Source: Ylistrum balloti (lineage: Eukaryota). Taken from it: DNA of 64,000 nt. Of the stretch, positions 38,736 to 52,931 are shown in pieces (position 1 is the first letter of the stretch; each line of letters begins with the position of its first letter). A model generated the notes under the pieces. That model searched no databases, had not been told where the DNA came from, and saw only the letters and a list, made by a program, of their open reading frames with translations. A program made the position numbers and the translations under genes. Location of the stretch: contig NW_026781862.1 in the NCBI RefSeq assembly GCF_031769215.1, positions 620,001-684,000 of the forward strand, given 5' to 3'.

Positions 38736-41700
38736 AATCTTATGGACTGATATTTTGCCATTGTTTAATCGATTGAAGTTATGAAGGAAATCTCTGAGGC
38801 CTGTATCAATATATTATATAGCTTTACCCCTAAAATCAAAATTCTCTGACGAAACATTTGTCTTTAACGTTTTGCAAAATGTATACAGAATATAAAACAA
38901 TAAATATCAACAGCTCTAGGAGATACATCATATAAAGGTAAACGTGGCGCATGTCGCGGGCATAGGACATCCATAGTACAGAAATCAAATTAACGTGAAG
39001 CAATGCTATGAAACAATAAATAATAAATAAAAACAAAAAACAAAATTGTCACAGGACCAAAATGTGCATTGTTGGAAAGGAACGCAAGTCATATCGCTGT
39101 ACTCTTTGATAAGGTACTTTACACGTGCTCGGATCCACTGTACATGGAATGCGTATCTCTCGTCAAAGTTTTATGGAGAATTGAGTGTACAAGCATAATA
39201 GCCCTGCTGTTACCAGTACAGGTGAGGTGACTCACAATACACATCACACAATACCGAGACAACTTACCTGTGTCACTTACACCTGATTATTGACAGCAAG
39301 CACATGGCTTTAAATTTGTCGACAATTGGATGGTCTTTACGGGTCTAACATAACAGAAAGATCAGTACACACAAAGTTCTGTTCGAGTGAGGACATTATG
39401 TATTAGGAAGATCGTGCGGGACACCAAAACCTTCCAAACTTTGCATTTGGATATGTAACAACAGGTAATGATTTTATCATTATCACATCTGTACATTTGA
39501 AATGATCAGCATGCAGACTTATTTAAGGTGTAAGGCCAGAAGGCAATATTGATTACCAATAGTAAACATTGATTGATGGTATTTTATTTATCCATTTCAA
39601 AACAAACATTTATTTTCTTAAGTTCTTGTGTTTATATTGTATTTTGCCAGATATTGAAGTTGAACTTTACAAATCATTTACACTCACTTGCAAAGTTAAT
39701 ACAACATGTAAAATTTGTCAGCAGTTGGAGGTTTGATAATGCTAATTACTTTTAGGATAATAGTGAAAGATATGGATTTCATTGCACGATAATACGTATT
39801 GTGGCGCCAATAGGAAACGATAACCGAATCGTTCTACAATGGATTCAATTCCTAATTTATCAATTACCTGAAATCATGTATACAAGCACATTAACCAGGT
39901 AAGTTAAAATAGGCAAAACACATCAGTGTCCTTTAATCAATCATAGCGTAACATTGTTCTAAAATTGTTGATTCTGATTAATGTATTATGTAATTTATTA
40001 ATGTAACATTAAAGTTCTGTTGAATTTTTGACAGAACCATGAAAACTGTCATAGGTTATGACTGAACCGTTTTAAGTCCTACATACTCAAATTTGTTTTC
40101 TGTATATTTCTAAAACTCCTGCGATTACCGTTTTACGATAAGGACTTTTTTGGTGTAGTACAGAAATGGGAAATTCCTTTGATGAATTAAAGGTTTCGCT
40201 TAGTCAAAGAAAAAGGGAAGAAATAATTAAATTTATTTTTCAATTTGAAAGAGAAAAGCAATAATAAAAGAGAAACATAGCGCATGATTTTTATCATTCT
40301 GTCTAGGCGGGACACGAACACGGAAATAGGAGATTTATAAGGCTATCTGAGTACGTGACCGGGTGTATTCGTACAACGGGTACTCAAGGCGATCCCTGGT
40401 ATACATTCTGTTGTTAATGACTTTCTGAAAGACACTTAAAGTTTCCCCTGGTGAAATGGAGTAGTAACGAGGGCTTGGATAAAACATTAATGACCCATTC
40501 AGTGTTAACGAGTGTGTGTATGTACCTCCCAAAGTGATGAAATCATTGCATTAGATATATCGGTGTATAGAACGTGACATTGTCATAATTTACTGGAAAA
40601 GGTAAACAAATATGTTCATTTCCGCATCTAATATAGAAAGGAGCTGTAATATATGTATATATATATAACGCTCATTTTGCTTTTAAATGACAGAAAAATG
40701 TTATTAGACAACTTTGCTATTTTTTATATGAACGTTTTTTTTTAAATAAATTTTAGGTTTTTAGAAGTACTTGTCATTGAAAAATCTTTCGTTTGAACAA
40801 GAATGATACAGAGACTAGCAATAAAAATACCAAATACAAACAAGCCAGAGTAAGACTTGTATCTCGTATTGATTAAGCTGAAAATCAAAACACATCCAAA
40901 CGCTAAGGGAAGGCATTGAATGTCCTTCAATACAGAATGTCTAAATTATATGGTTACAAGTATACAATTGTCACGACTTGTATTCATTAAGGCAAAATAT
41001 TTCAAACCAGAAACAAGAAGTGAAATAACATGTATCGACGTATGATTAGTTTTTTCGCAATAAGACTGAAATGCCAATTAGTTATTTAAACGCCCCCTAA
41101 TGGTACAAGTACCACGTGATAACAATTAAAATTCAATAGCCGGGCAGATCTAGTGCGTGATAATTACAACTATTAGTTGTAATAGACAAATAAAACAATT
41201 CTTTTATTAACGCAGAGAAAGTATGCCAAAAAGAGACAAATATTTACTGTTTACACTGACTACAATAATAAACAAAATTTTGTTCCACACAGTTAGCTTG
41301 ATAAGTAGAATAATAATGATTTTAACAAAAGACCTTTTACTGTATTTTAAATATCTTGTCATTAACAATATTTTACAATGATCACTCTTAGATAAACTTT
41401 CGTTTATTTCTTAATGTCAAAAGCTGTTTCAGCTACAAAGTAAACTATTTCACATGCAACGATCTCAAATATTTTCATTATCGTACATATTATTCTTTAA
41501 CATATCAACTTTGTTCCGTTAGGCGACGACTATTCTGATAGACCCTCCCTTCACAATGGTATTAGCTTTATACTTAATTGAACTTTATCCAAATATTTAG
41601 AGATTATATCATACGGGCCTCTGTCTAATACCGTTATGCATGCCTCAAGCGTAAAGTCAATGTACTTCGGACTATAATCATATAAGTAGGAAGTATTTCA

Positions 41701-42979
41701 ATTGGTTATGTGGATGTATTTACATTTTTATAAGGGATCACTCATTTTAGTCATTCCTAGCCGAATAGCTATAGAAAAAGGAAAAAATGGTATATAAGCT
41801 GCAAGTAGGGTTTTAATATAACTCGCTAAAATAACATTTCTATCACCATGGAAGTATTTATGAGAGTTGATGGCACATTAACTCAGGCTGTGTTAGATAA
41901 ATCATTTTTACTTATCTCATATTTAACAACATCGGTACATACACACAAGCGTTAATCGTCATAGCTACTTACTGACAATGCTTATGACCTCTTGAACTGA
42001 TTACAATATGCGTATCTGACTTCAAACGCGCAAACATGTATTTTAAAGATCGTTATTTCCCTCCGTTATTAATTTTATATCAATTGAATTTAGAATAATT
42101 AATTATAATAAGCATTAAATAAATAGGATATTGAACTATTTGTGTAATATTATTCCCCTATCGTGTATTAATTAGTTAACGTTACAACAAAAACGTTACA
42201 ATAATAAACACGTAAAGTAGTATCCTCACAATAAGTTTATCATTTGTCTTTGTTCGGTCGAAGTTCAACATTGCTGCATAGTTTATTTAAGCTAGCAAAT
42301 CAAATAGAGAAGTCCTTTAAGTCATTTTCTGACATCATTGAGATCTTACACCATCCCTTTTTCTTTGGGGTGTTTATGGTCGTCGCAATGACTTCTTTAG
42401 ACCCGACACCATATTATCTTTTGAGGAAGTTATATGGTCATCATAATGACTTTATAAAGAAAGTTTCTATCTTGTGCGGTATGCAGGTGGACATGTTTAT
42501 GCTATCAAGTATACCGGATTGTTCTTTTGTTGTTTACTTGGTTCTCATTTGGAATCTTTCGTACTTAGATTTACCAAGATATACAATGTACAAAGCATTT
42601 GCGTCGACGCCGTCGACGAAGCAGAAGGCGCTTACTACTCTGAAACACCTTAATATCCTCGTGTCTTTTCAATGATGTCCATGTGAATAGCTTTTATTCA
42701 TATTTTGCAACTATATCATCGAATTTTCATTTGATTTGATATTCATTCTGTTAATTTGTCGACATTTTCTTTGTTTTGTTTTTAACATTATGTGAATTCA
42801 TTTCCATCGCGTGCCTTGGAAATCGTGGTTTTAAATGTGTCCTACATCTTGCCCGCCTGAATGGGTTTTTTTTCTTCATTAATAACCAAAGCATGTTAAA
42901 CATGGGTATAATTAAGCCAGTAACATATAGATGTTCTATTTTCAGAAATACTAAGCCCGTTTTCCACACCTAGCGAAGA

Positions 42980-43954
42980 ATGGGGGAGCTTGTCCGGAGA
43001 CTTGATTACGAGCGACGAGCAAGTCACTTATTCAAGAAAGACCCAAAGGCACGATTTTTGACCAAAGAATTCAGTCAACCTGTAAAGTCTGCCAATGCTC
43101 TCGTTCAGAAATCAAAAGTGAAAGCGCTCGCAAATTTGAGAGAGGAAATGAAATATTTTGGGATAAAACATGACCAGGAAAAAGAGAATTTGGAAACTTT
43201 CCGTAAAGGACTTGGTCTGAAATCTGTCAATTTTCAAGAGTCAAGGTTTCAACAAACAAGGTGTAGGTCCTCCATGGTGGTGAAGAGTTCACATGAGTTA
43301 AGCGCTGACCGGATATTGCGTACTGTGCCAAGCAATTACGTCCTCGACTTCGGGCCTGGAAACAGGCCGATTTACACAACAAATGATCCTAAAAAGGTAC
43401 GCCGTACTCTATCCGCCTCGCACAGTCAAGCTTCGAAACCAGAACCACAACAATCTTACAGATCAAAATCGGCATTCTCACGACAATTACCACGGAATAC
43501 AAGTAGAACGCCTTCGTCTGTAAATGACAGATTATCGCAACCAGGTCATAGACAGGGATATCCATTCGCAAAGGAAGACTTACCGGGCTCTCACCATCGA
43601 CAGACAGCCGTCAGGCCCCAAAAGGTGGACACACTCAAGAGGCATTCTTCCTCGTTCTCAGATTCAGACGACGACAGTGTTTTCGAGGAAGAAAGGTTCG
43701 AAGGAGTCATCGAAAATGAAAACGACCCATTTAACAGTAACCAAAAATCATATCGTCATCTCCGTGAAGAATATTCGGTCAAATCAAAAATAATTCCAGA
43801 CACACATAAAGAGAATTTAAAACGGTTGAAAAACATCGAATTATCACATTTGCATGCTTTAGGGGAACGTGTCCACAAATTCACAGCTGGTATCCATGCC
43901 CTTGCTTCAAGAAGGAAATATGCGACGTCAGTAATCTCGCCTCTGAGCCTTTGA
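42980..43954 (+). CDS. Uncharacterised 324-aa protein: N-terminal coiled coil, basic Ser/Arg-rich disordered middle, acidic patch, short C-terminal helix
   Basis: Long non-repetitive ORF in AT-rich DNA. Upstream acceptor TTCTATTTTCAG ends at 42946; AATAAA at 44223-44228. No family recognised. Confidence 0.8.
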   Translation: MGELVRRLDYERRASHLFKKDPKARFLTKEFSQPVKSANALVQKSKVKALANLREEMKYFGIKHDQEKENLETFRKGLGLKSVNFQESRFQQTRCRSSMVVKSSHELSADRILRTVPSNYVLDFGPGNRPIYTTNDPKKVRRTLSASHSQASKPEPQQSYRSKSAFSRQLPRNTSRTPSSVNDRLSQPGHRQGYPFAKEDLPGSHHRQTAVRPQKVDTLKRHSSSFSDSDDDSVFEEERFEGVIENENDPFNSNQKSYRHLREEYSVKSKIIPDTHKENLKRLKNIELSHLHALGERVHKFTAGIHALASRRKYATSVISPLSL

Positions 43955-46900
43955 TACAATGACTACCCATGTTTAGATCGAAGACAGTGGGCCATTGTAA
44001 ATATCATTGACATAGTTTTTATTTATTTGATTAATTATTGGTATCTAGGTAACAGCAACAAGCAGGAGTACATTCGAAGTACCTGATATATTTATTGGTT
44101 ATCAAGTATCCTTTACTGGCAATGTTTCAAATAACTTTACAGAACACGGTTAGGGACATTTGCACTTATGTAATTTACAACGGCGACGTAAATCAGTTGG
44201 AGCTTCCTTACATATAGCCTGTAATAAAGACGTTTTGTTTTATTGATCCAAGGTATCATACCATCAGTAACAAGATGATATCACATTTTATTCCTGCTTT
44301 TCGACGAAGGTTTGTGTCAGTTTATATTAGTCTTGTCTTGATTTTGTAATGAAATCAGATAACATTTGAAATGAAGCTATCTTTACTTGATAAACTACAA
44401 CACACAGACTAGTATGCAGAGAGGTTTCGTTGTTATTGACCCAGCTCTGTTTAATTAATTTTATCTAACAATAAACTCACTGCATCACATAAATTACAGG
44501 CGTGAAGTTCCATCATGAATATGTATCAAAGTAATAAAGTCATTTTTTCTCCTTTTTTCATCGTATATTGTTTGTTGAAGGAGTAAGGTCTGTTTTCATT
44601 TCAACATTACCCAATTAGTTTTTTTTTATGGAACCTCCGGCATGGAAGATTGTCTATAGTTGTGACTTGTTTCAGTAATTCTGGCATGATATCTCTGAAA
44701 CCTGTCAGCCTCTGGTATATATCGTCTACAATGTGTGAGACAGTAAAGGCCTGTGGATATACGTCACTAACACACCTAACAGAACCCGTCGCTTGGGGCT
44801 GACGTTGCAGTGCGATTAACAGAGTCAAGACGTGTGTCCTTTTCCTCATTCATAGTAAGATATGTTGTGGCTTTGAGGCAACGCAGAATGTGTTCCATAT
44901 CGCGATTCCCACTAGATTGCAGTTTGTCAATCAGATACTGTTTTTTATCTGAAAGGATACATGAAAACCGTGGAATTCTCTACGAAACATCTGATATAAA
45001 ATGATCTGAGTACATCAAGCATAGCAAAAGTCAACAATATAACATGTAAAAACAATATTGTGAAACCATCTCGTACACTGTATACGTCAACTGTTGACAG
45101 TGTAGTTATCTAAACCTCACACTCAAATTTCTTCTGGTTCGATTTAAAAACGATGTTTGCTTTGAATGATAGACATTTAACATGCACCTCATTAAGAAAT
45201 CTGTTTATCACGTTATTCTTTCATACCATTCCTATTAAATGAGATAAATTCCCTGCATTGGCTTCTCATATTAACCTATGCTAATATATGTAACTTAACT
45301 AGCACCTATACACAGATGTAACCGCTAACACTCGCTAACCAAATAAGTGAATAATAAGCATGTTATTTTTTTCATATTTATATCTAATCATTTCTTGAGA
45401 GTAGCAACCATGCTTCCAACATCTTTGTTTCTGAACAATGAACTGTATTATCAGTATGAGGGGAAATCAAACATCAATCAAAGTACTGAAAGTACTGAAA
45501 GGCTAAACGTATTGAAAAATGTTCACAAATAACCGCAAAGCTATATTACTTTCCCCATACTCCTACACTTTGGAATGCAAAAATTACTAAAATAAGAGAA
45601 CCAGAGGCTATTTTTTCTTAATTTTAAGCGATTTTATATCTTCTTTAATTCTTATTTCAAATTTGACGACAATAATGTGAACAAATCAAAATAGGTAAAA
45701 AAAATATAACAAAATACACACAACCATATATTTATCGCCAACAAGCCAAAAGATAAATAGCTTTATGATGAAGTTGACAAAATAAAACCCTTGAAATACC
45801 CAAGATGTTGCAATTACTATCCTATCAATATGAGGATTTAGACAAATCGAAAGGACTTGATACTTACTTCTTTATTTTGAATGTATTGCAAAGTAATAGT
45901 CCTTTATATAATCATATTTGTAGTTAAGGAGTACACAGCATTTCAGATAGATTAAAGTGTAAGTAATTACATTAAATGTATCTACATGCCTATCTTCCTT
46001 GAAGTATCATGGTTAGACTTTTCTTCCAGTAATTATGTCTATAAAGACATAGTTCTTTGAGATTAAACCAGACTTCCATATATATACAAAATTTACAATA
46101 TTTTCACTATAGCTACCACTATTTCTGATCTCCAATGCATCAGATAATGTCACCATGACACGCTAAATGAGTGAATATGTTATGGAAATATTTCGTTCTA
46201 GTTAATTGATACTTATAAACATGTATATTTTGGGTTTTTTATACGCGCTTTGTTTGAAGGGATATTTTCATTTTAAGGAACTTTGATACACATTAACAAA
46301 CCTTGAGAAATCAGCACAACAACCTTCATCAAATAAAACTAAAAGACTAAAAATATAAGTTATAACAGAGTCAACATCATGATCAGTACAGTATTCAAAA
46401 TATATTATTCATAAATCATGAGCACCAAATGTACCTTGCCTACGACGCGCAAACTTTTTATCTTGAAAAACTTGAAAAAGTGTCATGGCGGTGGGTGTGA
46501 AAAACCTGAAAAAGTGTCATATCGGCGGGTGTGCGCGTGGGACGAACAGTCCAATTTTGTGACGTCTAATGAGGTACAATGATGTTATACATTAAGACGA
46601 TCTCGCCACAACGACAAGGATTAAAACAAAACTGATGTTCTGTTTGTAAGTTTTGTTTGTTTATAAGTGCTGTTAGTTGATAATTCAAACCAAGCCCCAA
46701 GACTAGCAACTCGCACGTACAGTGTTCTGTACGCTTACGTCATGTCGAAAATACCGTAAAATATATTGTTCAAAATTTATCAATAGTTCGACCACACTGT
46801 GCTTCTTTTTTGAAATATATAGTAATTTTTATTAGAAAAATAAACTAAGTTTGGATGCTTTTAAAATAGCGATTTGAAAGATAGCGGCATTATTAACGCA

Positions 46901-47296
46901 GAAAATCGCTGAGTGTGAGCGATATATATTCATGTTTCTATTTCGGATTTAGCTAGTATCCTACGTCATAACTGTAAATATGTTGTGAAAGATAGGATTA
47001 TATTGAATAGTTTGATGGATGGATTTATACTGTTTAAAGCATAAGTAAAATATATAATGTTAGTCATTGTGGATACAAAGATATAGTTACATTACAACGG
47101 TTAAGGATAACGCAAAATATTGATTTTCATTAATATTGGCCACGTAAGGTATGGCATTGTTTTAATATATTACTTGCTTGCTATGACGTGTCGTTTTTAA
47201 TTCGTCCGAATCAGATTAATGCAGCTGTGTCATCCTTTATATCTAAAATGGAATAATGAAAACGATAATAATATTATATTCAATACCGTGTTATAA

Positions 47297-47348
<52 letters not shown>
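47297..47348. repeat. (GAT)n microsatellite
   Basis: Read directly. Confidence 0.97.
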
Positions 47349-47349
<1 letters not shown>

Positions 47350-47639
47350 TTTGGAAAGACGAAGTACCGGTCCATGTCATTTTTATGCTCTGAACTAAAT
47401 CACGCCATCGCGTCAATACACGAATAAACATGTATGATGTGACAACAGTAGAAATGTCAAATCTAAGACAACCTTAGGGTTAGAAAGCATCTACCAAGAC
47501 TGAATAAGTGTGCCATACACAAATTCGACAGCTGTCACATGACGTCATTTTACTGTTATTCCATTTAAGCCATATAACAGAAACGATAAGGCGAAATCAC
47601 TATAATGAATTATAAACGTAAAACGGCACGCACAAAAAC

Positions 47640-48115
47640 CGCATGTGTGACCACGTGGAATAGTCCATCAAAACAACACCACATGTGTGATCACGTGGAA
47701 TAGTCCATCAAAACAACACCACATGTATGATCACGTGGAATAGTCCATCACCATAACAACACATGAGTGATTACGTAGAATAGTCCATCAAAACAACACC
47801 ACGTGTGTGACCACGTGGAACAGTCTATCAAAACAACACCACATGTGTGATTACGTAGAATAGTCCATCAAAACAACACCACGTGTGTGACCACGTGGAA
47901 CAGTCCATCAAGACAACACCACATGTGTGATCACGTGGAATAGTCCATCACCATAACAACACATGTGTGATTACGTAGATTAGTCCATCAAAACAACACC
48001 ACGTGTGTGACCACGTGGAACAGTCTATCAAAACAACACCACATGTGTGACCACATAGAACAGTCCATCAAAACAACACCACAGGTGTGACCACGTTGAA
48101 CAGTTCATCACAACA
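47640..48115. repeat. Tandem array, 40 bp unit (CACATGTGTGATCACGTGGAATAGTCCATCAAAACAACAC), about 12 copies
   Basis: Read directly. Confidence 0.95.
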
Positions 48116-48134
48116 CACGAAGAACAAGTCTACC

Positions 48135-48600
48135 CCAACATGTGGGACCAATATACCACAGCAAATGTGGGACCAGCATACCACAGCAAATGTGGGACCA
48201 GTCTACCACAGCAAATGTGGGACCAGTATACCACAGCAAATGTGGGACCAGTATACCACAGCACATGTGGGACCAGTCTACCACAGCAAATGTGGGACCA
48301 GTATACCACAGCAAATGTGGGACCAGTATACCACAGCAAATGTCGGAACAGTCTACCGCAACAAATGTGATATCAGTCTACCGCAACACGTGGGACCAGT
48401 ATACCACAACAAATTTGGGACCAGTATACCACAACAAATGTGGGACCAGTATACCACAACACATGTGGGACTAGTATACCACAACAAATGTGGGACCAGT
48501 ATACCACAGCAAATGTGGGACCAGTCTACCACAGCAAATGTGGGACCAGTCTACCACAGCAAATGTCGGAACAGTCTACCGCAACAAATGTGATATCAGT
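48135..48600. repeat. Tandem array, 25 bp unit A (GCAAATGTGGGACCAGTATACCACA)
   Basis: Spacing 48181, 48206, 48231. Confidence 0.95.
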
Positions 48601-48968
48601 CTCACAGCAGACGACGGAGCAGTATACCACAACAGACGACGGAGCAGTATACCACAACAGACGACGGAGCAGTATACCACAACAGACGACGGAGCAGTCT
48701 ATCACAGCAGACGACGGAGCAGTCTATCACAGCAGACGACGGAGCAGTATACCACAACAGACGACGGAGCAGTCTATCACAACAGACGACGGAGCAGTAC
48801 CACAGCAAATGTGAGCAGTCTACCAGTATACCACAGCAAAGCAGACACGGAGCATTGTATCAGCAGCAGGCAGACGCAGCAGTCTATCACAGCAGACGAC
48901 GGAGCAGTATATCACAGCAGACGACGGAGCAGTCTATCACAGCAGACGACGGAGCAGTATACCACAAC
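48601..48968. repeat. Tandem array, 25 bp unit B (ACAGACGACGGAGCAGTATACCACA)
   Basis: Read directly. Shares CAGTATACCACA with unit A. Confidence 0.93.
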
Positions 48969-49613
48969 ATATATCAAAAGTTTTTTCAGCAACACCCGCC
49001 GAATTAGTGATACTCCGCTTACTCAGTTTTCTAAAACATTACATGTACATTTCTTTATTATATTATATTACACTAATACACGTGACAAAAGTATGTAACC
49101 TAAAGCTGAATTATAGTTTTGATGTACTTGAAGTGGTTTTAAATTATCTGATGTAAGAAAATAACGAGATTGATTTAATCATGCTGTTGCTGCACCTCAC
49201 CGTCTAGATTTTTTTACTTTTCTTTCGGTCATTTTGGATTTTTCTCATTCGCCTCTTAAGCTTCAAAATTTAGGCCTATAACAACACTGCCCATTCATAG
49301 AAAGACGTAACAGTTGAATGATGCAGTTTCATTAATTGTTTGGCTCTACTATATCTAACCCTGAAGTTTTATCAAAAGGTGTTATTAACTTGTGTGTCTT
49401 TTGTACAATCGTTGGTTAATAACCCTGTTTTATTTTTAATTTAGCATGGCTTGATTTAAATGTACCAGTAATGTATATTTCGAGCCCTTTGGCTGTAATA
49501 TCTAATACACTGCCAAGAAAACAATCTTTGTTCAGAAATACAAATCCTGGTTTGATGTAAACATATTTTACTGCACCTAGTAGAATTGGGCACAAGTTTT
49601 ACAACTTATATAA

Positions 49614-49801
49614 NNNNNNNNNNNNNNNNNNNNNNNNNNNNNNNNNNNNNNNNNNNNNNNNNNNNNNNNNNNNNNNNNNNNNNNNNNNNNNNNNNNNNNN
49701 NNNNNNNNNNNNNNNNNNNNNNNNNNNNNNNNNNNNNNNNNNNNNNNNNNNNNNNNNNNNNNNNNNNNNNNNNNNNNNNNNNNNNNNNNNNNNNNNNNNN
49801 N
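49614..49801. other. Assembly gap (188 N)
   Basis: Run of N. Confidence 0.99.
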
Positions 49802-52800
49802 ATGTTTAAAATACTTTGTATATATGTAGATCATGCATCTGCTCCTTCTCCACGCAAGTGAAACAGGCGATACACTTTCCACATGCCTTAACTCACAACT
49901 TGCAATGTCTATCACTTCCCGTGTTTCCTTCTGGTTTGCTCATATCATATATATGTAGGTCATCATATATAATTTTATTCACCACAAGAACAAACATTTA
50001 TTAACATATAGACAAAACTTGACCATAACTGTTCGATGATATTCAAGAAATCAATACTAATCTCACTGTGTTGATATGTTCCCAGTATATTTCAAAATTT
50101 GAAATAAAAAATCCTATCGTTTCACAACGCATTTGCATATTATTGTGTTTAGTATTGTATAAAACCGTTGATATTCCTTAAAAATGAAGGATATGTCTTG
50201 TTATTATCTGTTGAATAGCCAAATAAAGTAAGTTCTACAGTAACAACACTAAACGAAACACTTACCAGTGTAAGTAGCCTATCACGGTCAAAATATTCCT
50301 GACTAACAAAGATCACGTGTTATATGTATTAACTCTTTTTACCTTATATGGGTTACATTTAGATTCGTGTGTATGTATCGTTGTGTGGTAAAATTTATAT
50401 ACATGTATAGAGGTTGAAAGAGCGTTAATGCTGAATTCGGCGTGTTTTATAAAAATCATTTTAATATATACTAGTATATGGTTTCCATGATATGGTTTAA
50501 GCATCTTTATTTGTCTGATTATGCTAAATGACTCGGAATTTATTGCATACATTCAATAAATTACATCTTACATTTATTTAATAAAAATACATAATATTAC
50601 AGTGTTGTCTTTCAGTCAAGAAATCGAAAGATCTTCCTACATCTGGATATATTCAGTACGTCAGCGTGCTTTACAATGTTTACAAGACCTCCGTTACTGT
50701 GGAAATTGTTATATTAGTTACAGAAGATAATGGCTGCTAGCGACATAGGACACAAGTTAGTATAAAACCCAAACTTGAATTGTACAAAGGAATGTCATGT
50801 GTTGTATACAGATTACCAACTTTAGCTTGAACATCTCAGAACAAACGCGGTTAGTGGAAGAGTATAAGATTTCGATATGATTGAGTAGACGTTGGAGAAG
50901 TACGAAGCTTTCATCTAATATTTTGTCTGTGACACAAAGGAAACAACAGTATATGCACTGCTTATGCATTATTTGCAGTATCTGTTGAACAGACAAGACA
51001 GCAGATACTCATCGAGGTATGACCAGGTTTCTATGGTGACAGGGTAATGAATCTATGACCACACTGTCCAGATATTGTATTGTGGTCCTTTAGCTTCGTA
51101 AAGGCTACATGATCCTGTCATTAAGTGGTCACTACAGTATGTCGTGAAACTCCTTCCGTTAACTAGTTACTGAAATTCAAGATTCTTGAGTTTAGGTTCA
51201 TGGAAAAATATGCCAGATACATTTGTAGCAGGTTAATGTGAACATCCGGCGTTGGTTTCACATTCAGAGTGGATTAATTCTATTTGGTCCAACTTGAAAT
51301 TTAAAAAGTTCGGGCGAGGATCCAAGATTTTAGGGTAGAGGGGGCACACATTTTGCTAACCTTTTTTTCAAGTACTTCGTCCAAATCCGGTTTTATCATT
51401 CTCCTGAATTTTGTTTGTTTTGTATATCAATGTCCCAGTGAGTGAAGTCCCATTTTTTAGAATTCGTCTGAGGCCATTCATGTAGCCAATACATTTAGCA
51501 CAGTCAGTTTGCGTAGAAGCAGTTACACAGATATATCCTTCAAAATCTTGTTGCTATTTTTTTTGCAAAGGGGTAATTCTCTTTCATGTGTAGATTCTGT
51601 CCTGTCCATAGCTATGTAAGTACAATTTTAGGACTGCGCCATCGATAAGATAAAAACCGCCTCTTGGATTTTACTGAAAAATCTTCTCGCTGCTTTTTTC
51701 TAAGAAGTTGAGGATCTTTTTTCGCAAACTTTGTAGGTGTATGTGTCGGGTTTCTTTCGTCCCTGGTAATTAATGTTTAGTTTTGGGTAGAATCGTCAAA
51801 AAGGTCTACAAAACAAGCAAGAAAATGCCAACATGTCATTCCTAATCCAAACTGAAAATCAACAAAACTAGGGCAGCATATAAAAAAAGTACAAGAAGCA
51901 TAAGACAGGGTGTTCTGGAAGAATAAGTATCTTTTGCTTCAGCGACGACGCTCGCCATGTAGATCTTAATAAATCCGAGTAAATAATATCACGTTCTCAA
52001 AATGAGAACAGGGTATACGACAACGAAACCAACGTGTTTCATATCTCAAAAAGAATCTTTCTCACGACGAGCGTTAAACTTCTACTTAATTTTCATCAGC
52101 CTGCATCTATTGCAACCCCGTGTTATAATTATGTCCGTAAGTTGCCGACTTCTTGGAAATCTGTCTGGCTACGCTTAGCTTCAAGGTGCAAGGTGGTATC
52201 ATCACTATCTCTATATTAATTTATGATTTCATTCAAGTAGGGACGTATATAACAGTATTCAGCGCTGCACCGAACAAAGGATGTGCTCTGTGTGTAACCT
52301 GGGTTATACTTATTCTAAATACACAAAACCAGACTCTGATTAAAATTGAAATATGCCATTTATTAAAAATAACAATTGACGACAGAAAATATGGCAATTA
52401 CAATTTCCTGTTCATTAACAATACAGTTATCAACGGTACTTAATGTTATCCAATCAGAGATATCCTAAAATATACCCAGGACTATAAAGTTGGGTATCAA
52501 ATTACGCCATCATATAGCCAATTGATGTTGGAATAAATTGCTAGCTATATCAAAAGTATTATACATCCCTGATTCAAGATGCATTTTACAAGGACAAAAT
52601 AATATAAGCAGAAGTAGGTCATTAGAACACCGATTCATATATGCTATATGAGGGGACGCAACTCCATTCTGATCATTCAAAACGAAAGTAACTTTTACAG
52701 CGATTCCTGGATCTGGTGAGGGAATTTCCGATTAAGTTGCGCGCTTACCATTAGGCCTAGTTACGTAATATCATCACTACCACGTTAAAAATAGATAAGT

Positions 52801-52931
52801 CTACCAACAAATACTGATGAAGTGTGTATATTACACGAACTTTAATCAGTTATCAGTTATTCAGATTTAACGAACAATGTCAGGCGACAGAACCAGCTAT
52901 CGGATTTTCGGTTAAAAATCTAAGCCTTAGA

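Noticed and set aside
42244-42675. 143-aa ORF upstream of the 324-aa gene
   Set aside because: TTG start, intron-like AT-rich composition, overlaps an interspersed repeat copy.
48087-49098. Overlapping 70-200 aa repetitive ORFs
   Set aside because: Translations of the 25-bp arrays in multiple frames.
49577-49915. ORFs crossing the N run
   Set aside because: Open only because of unknown bases.
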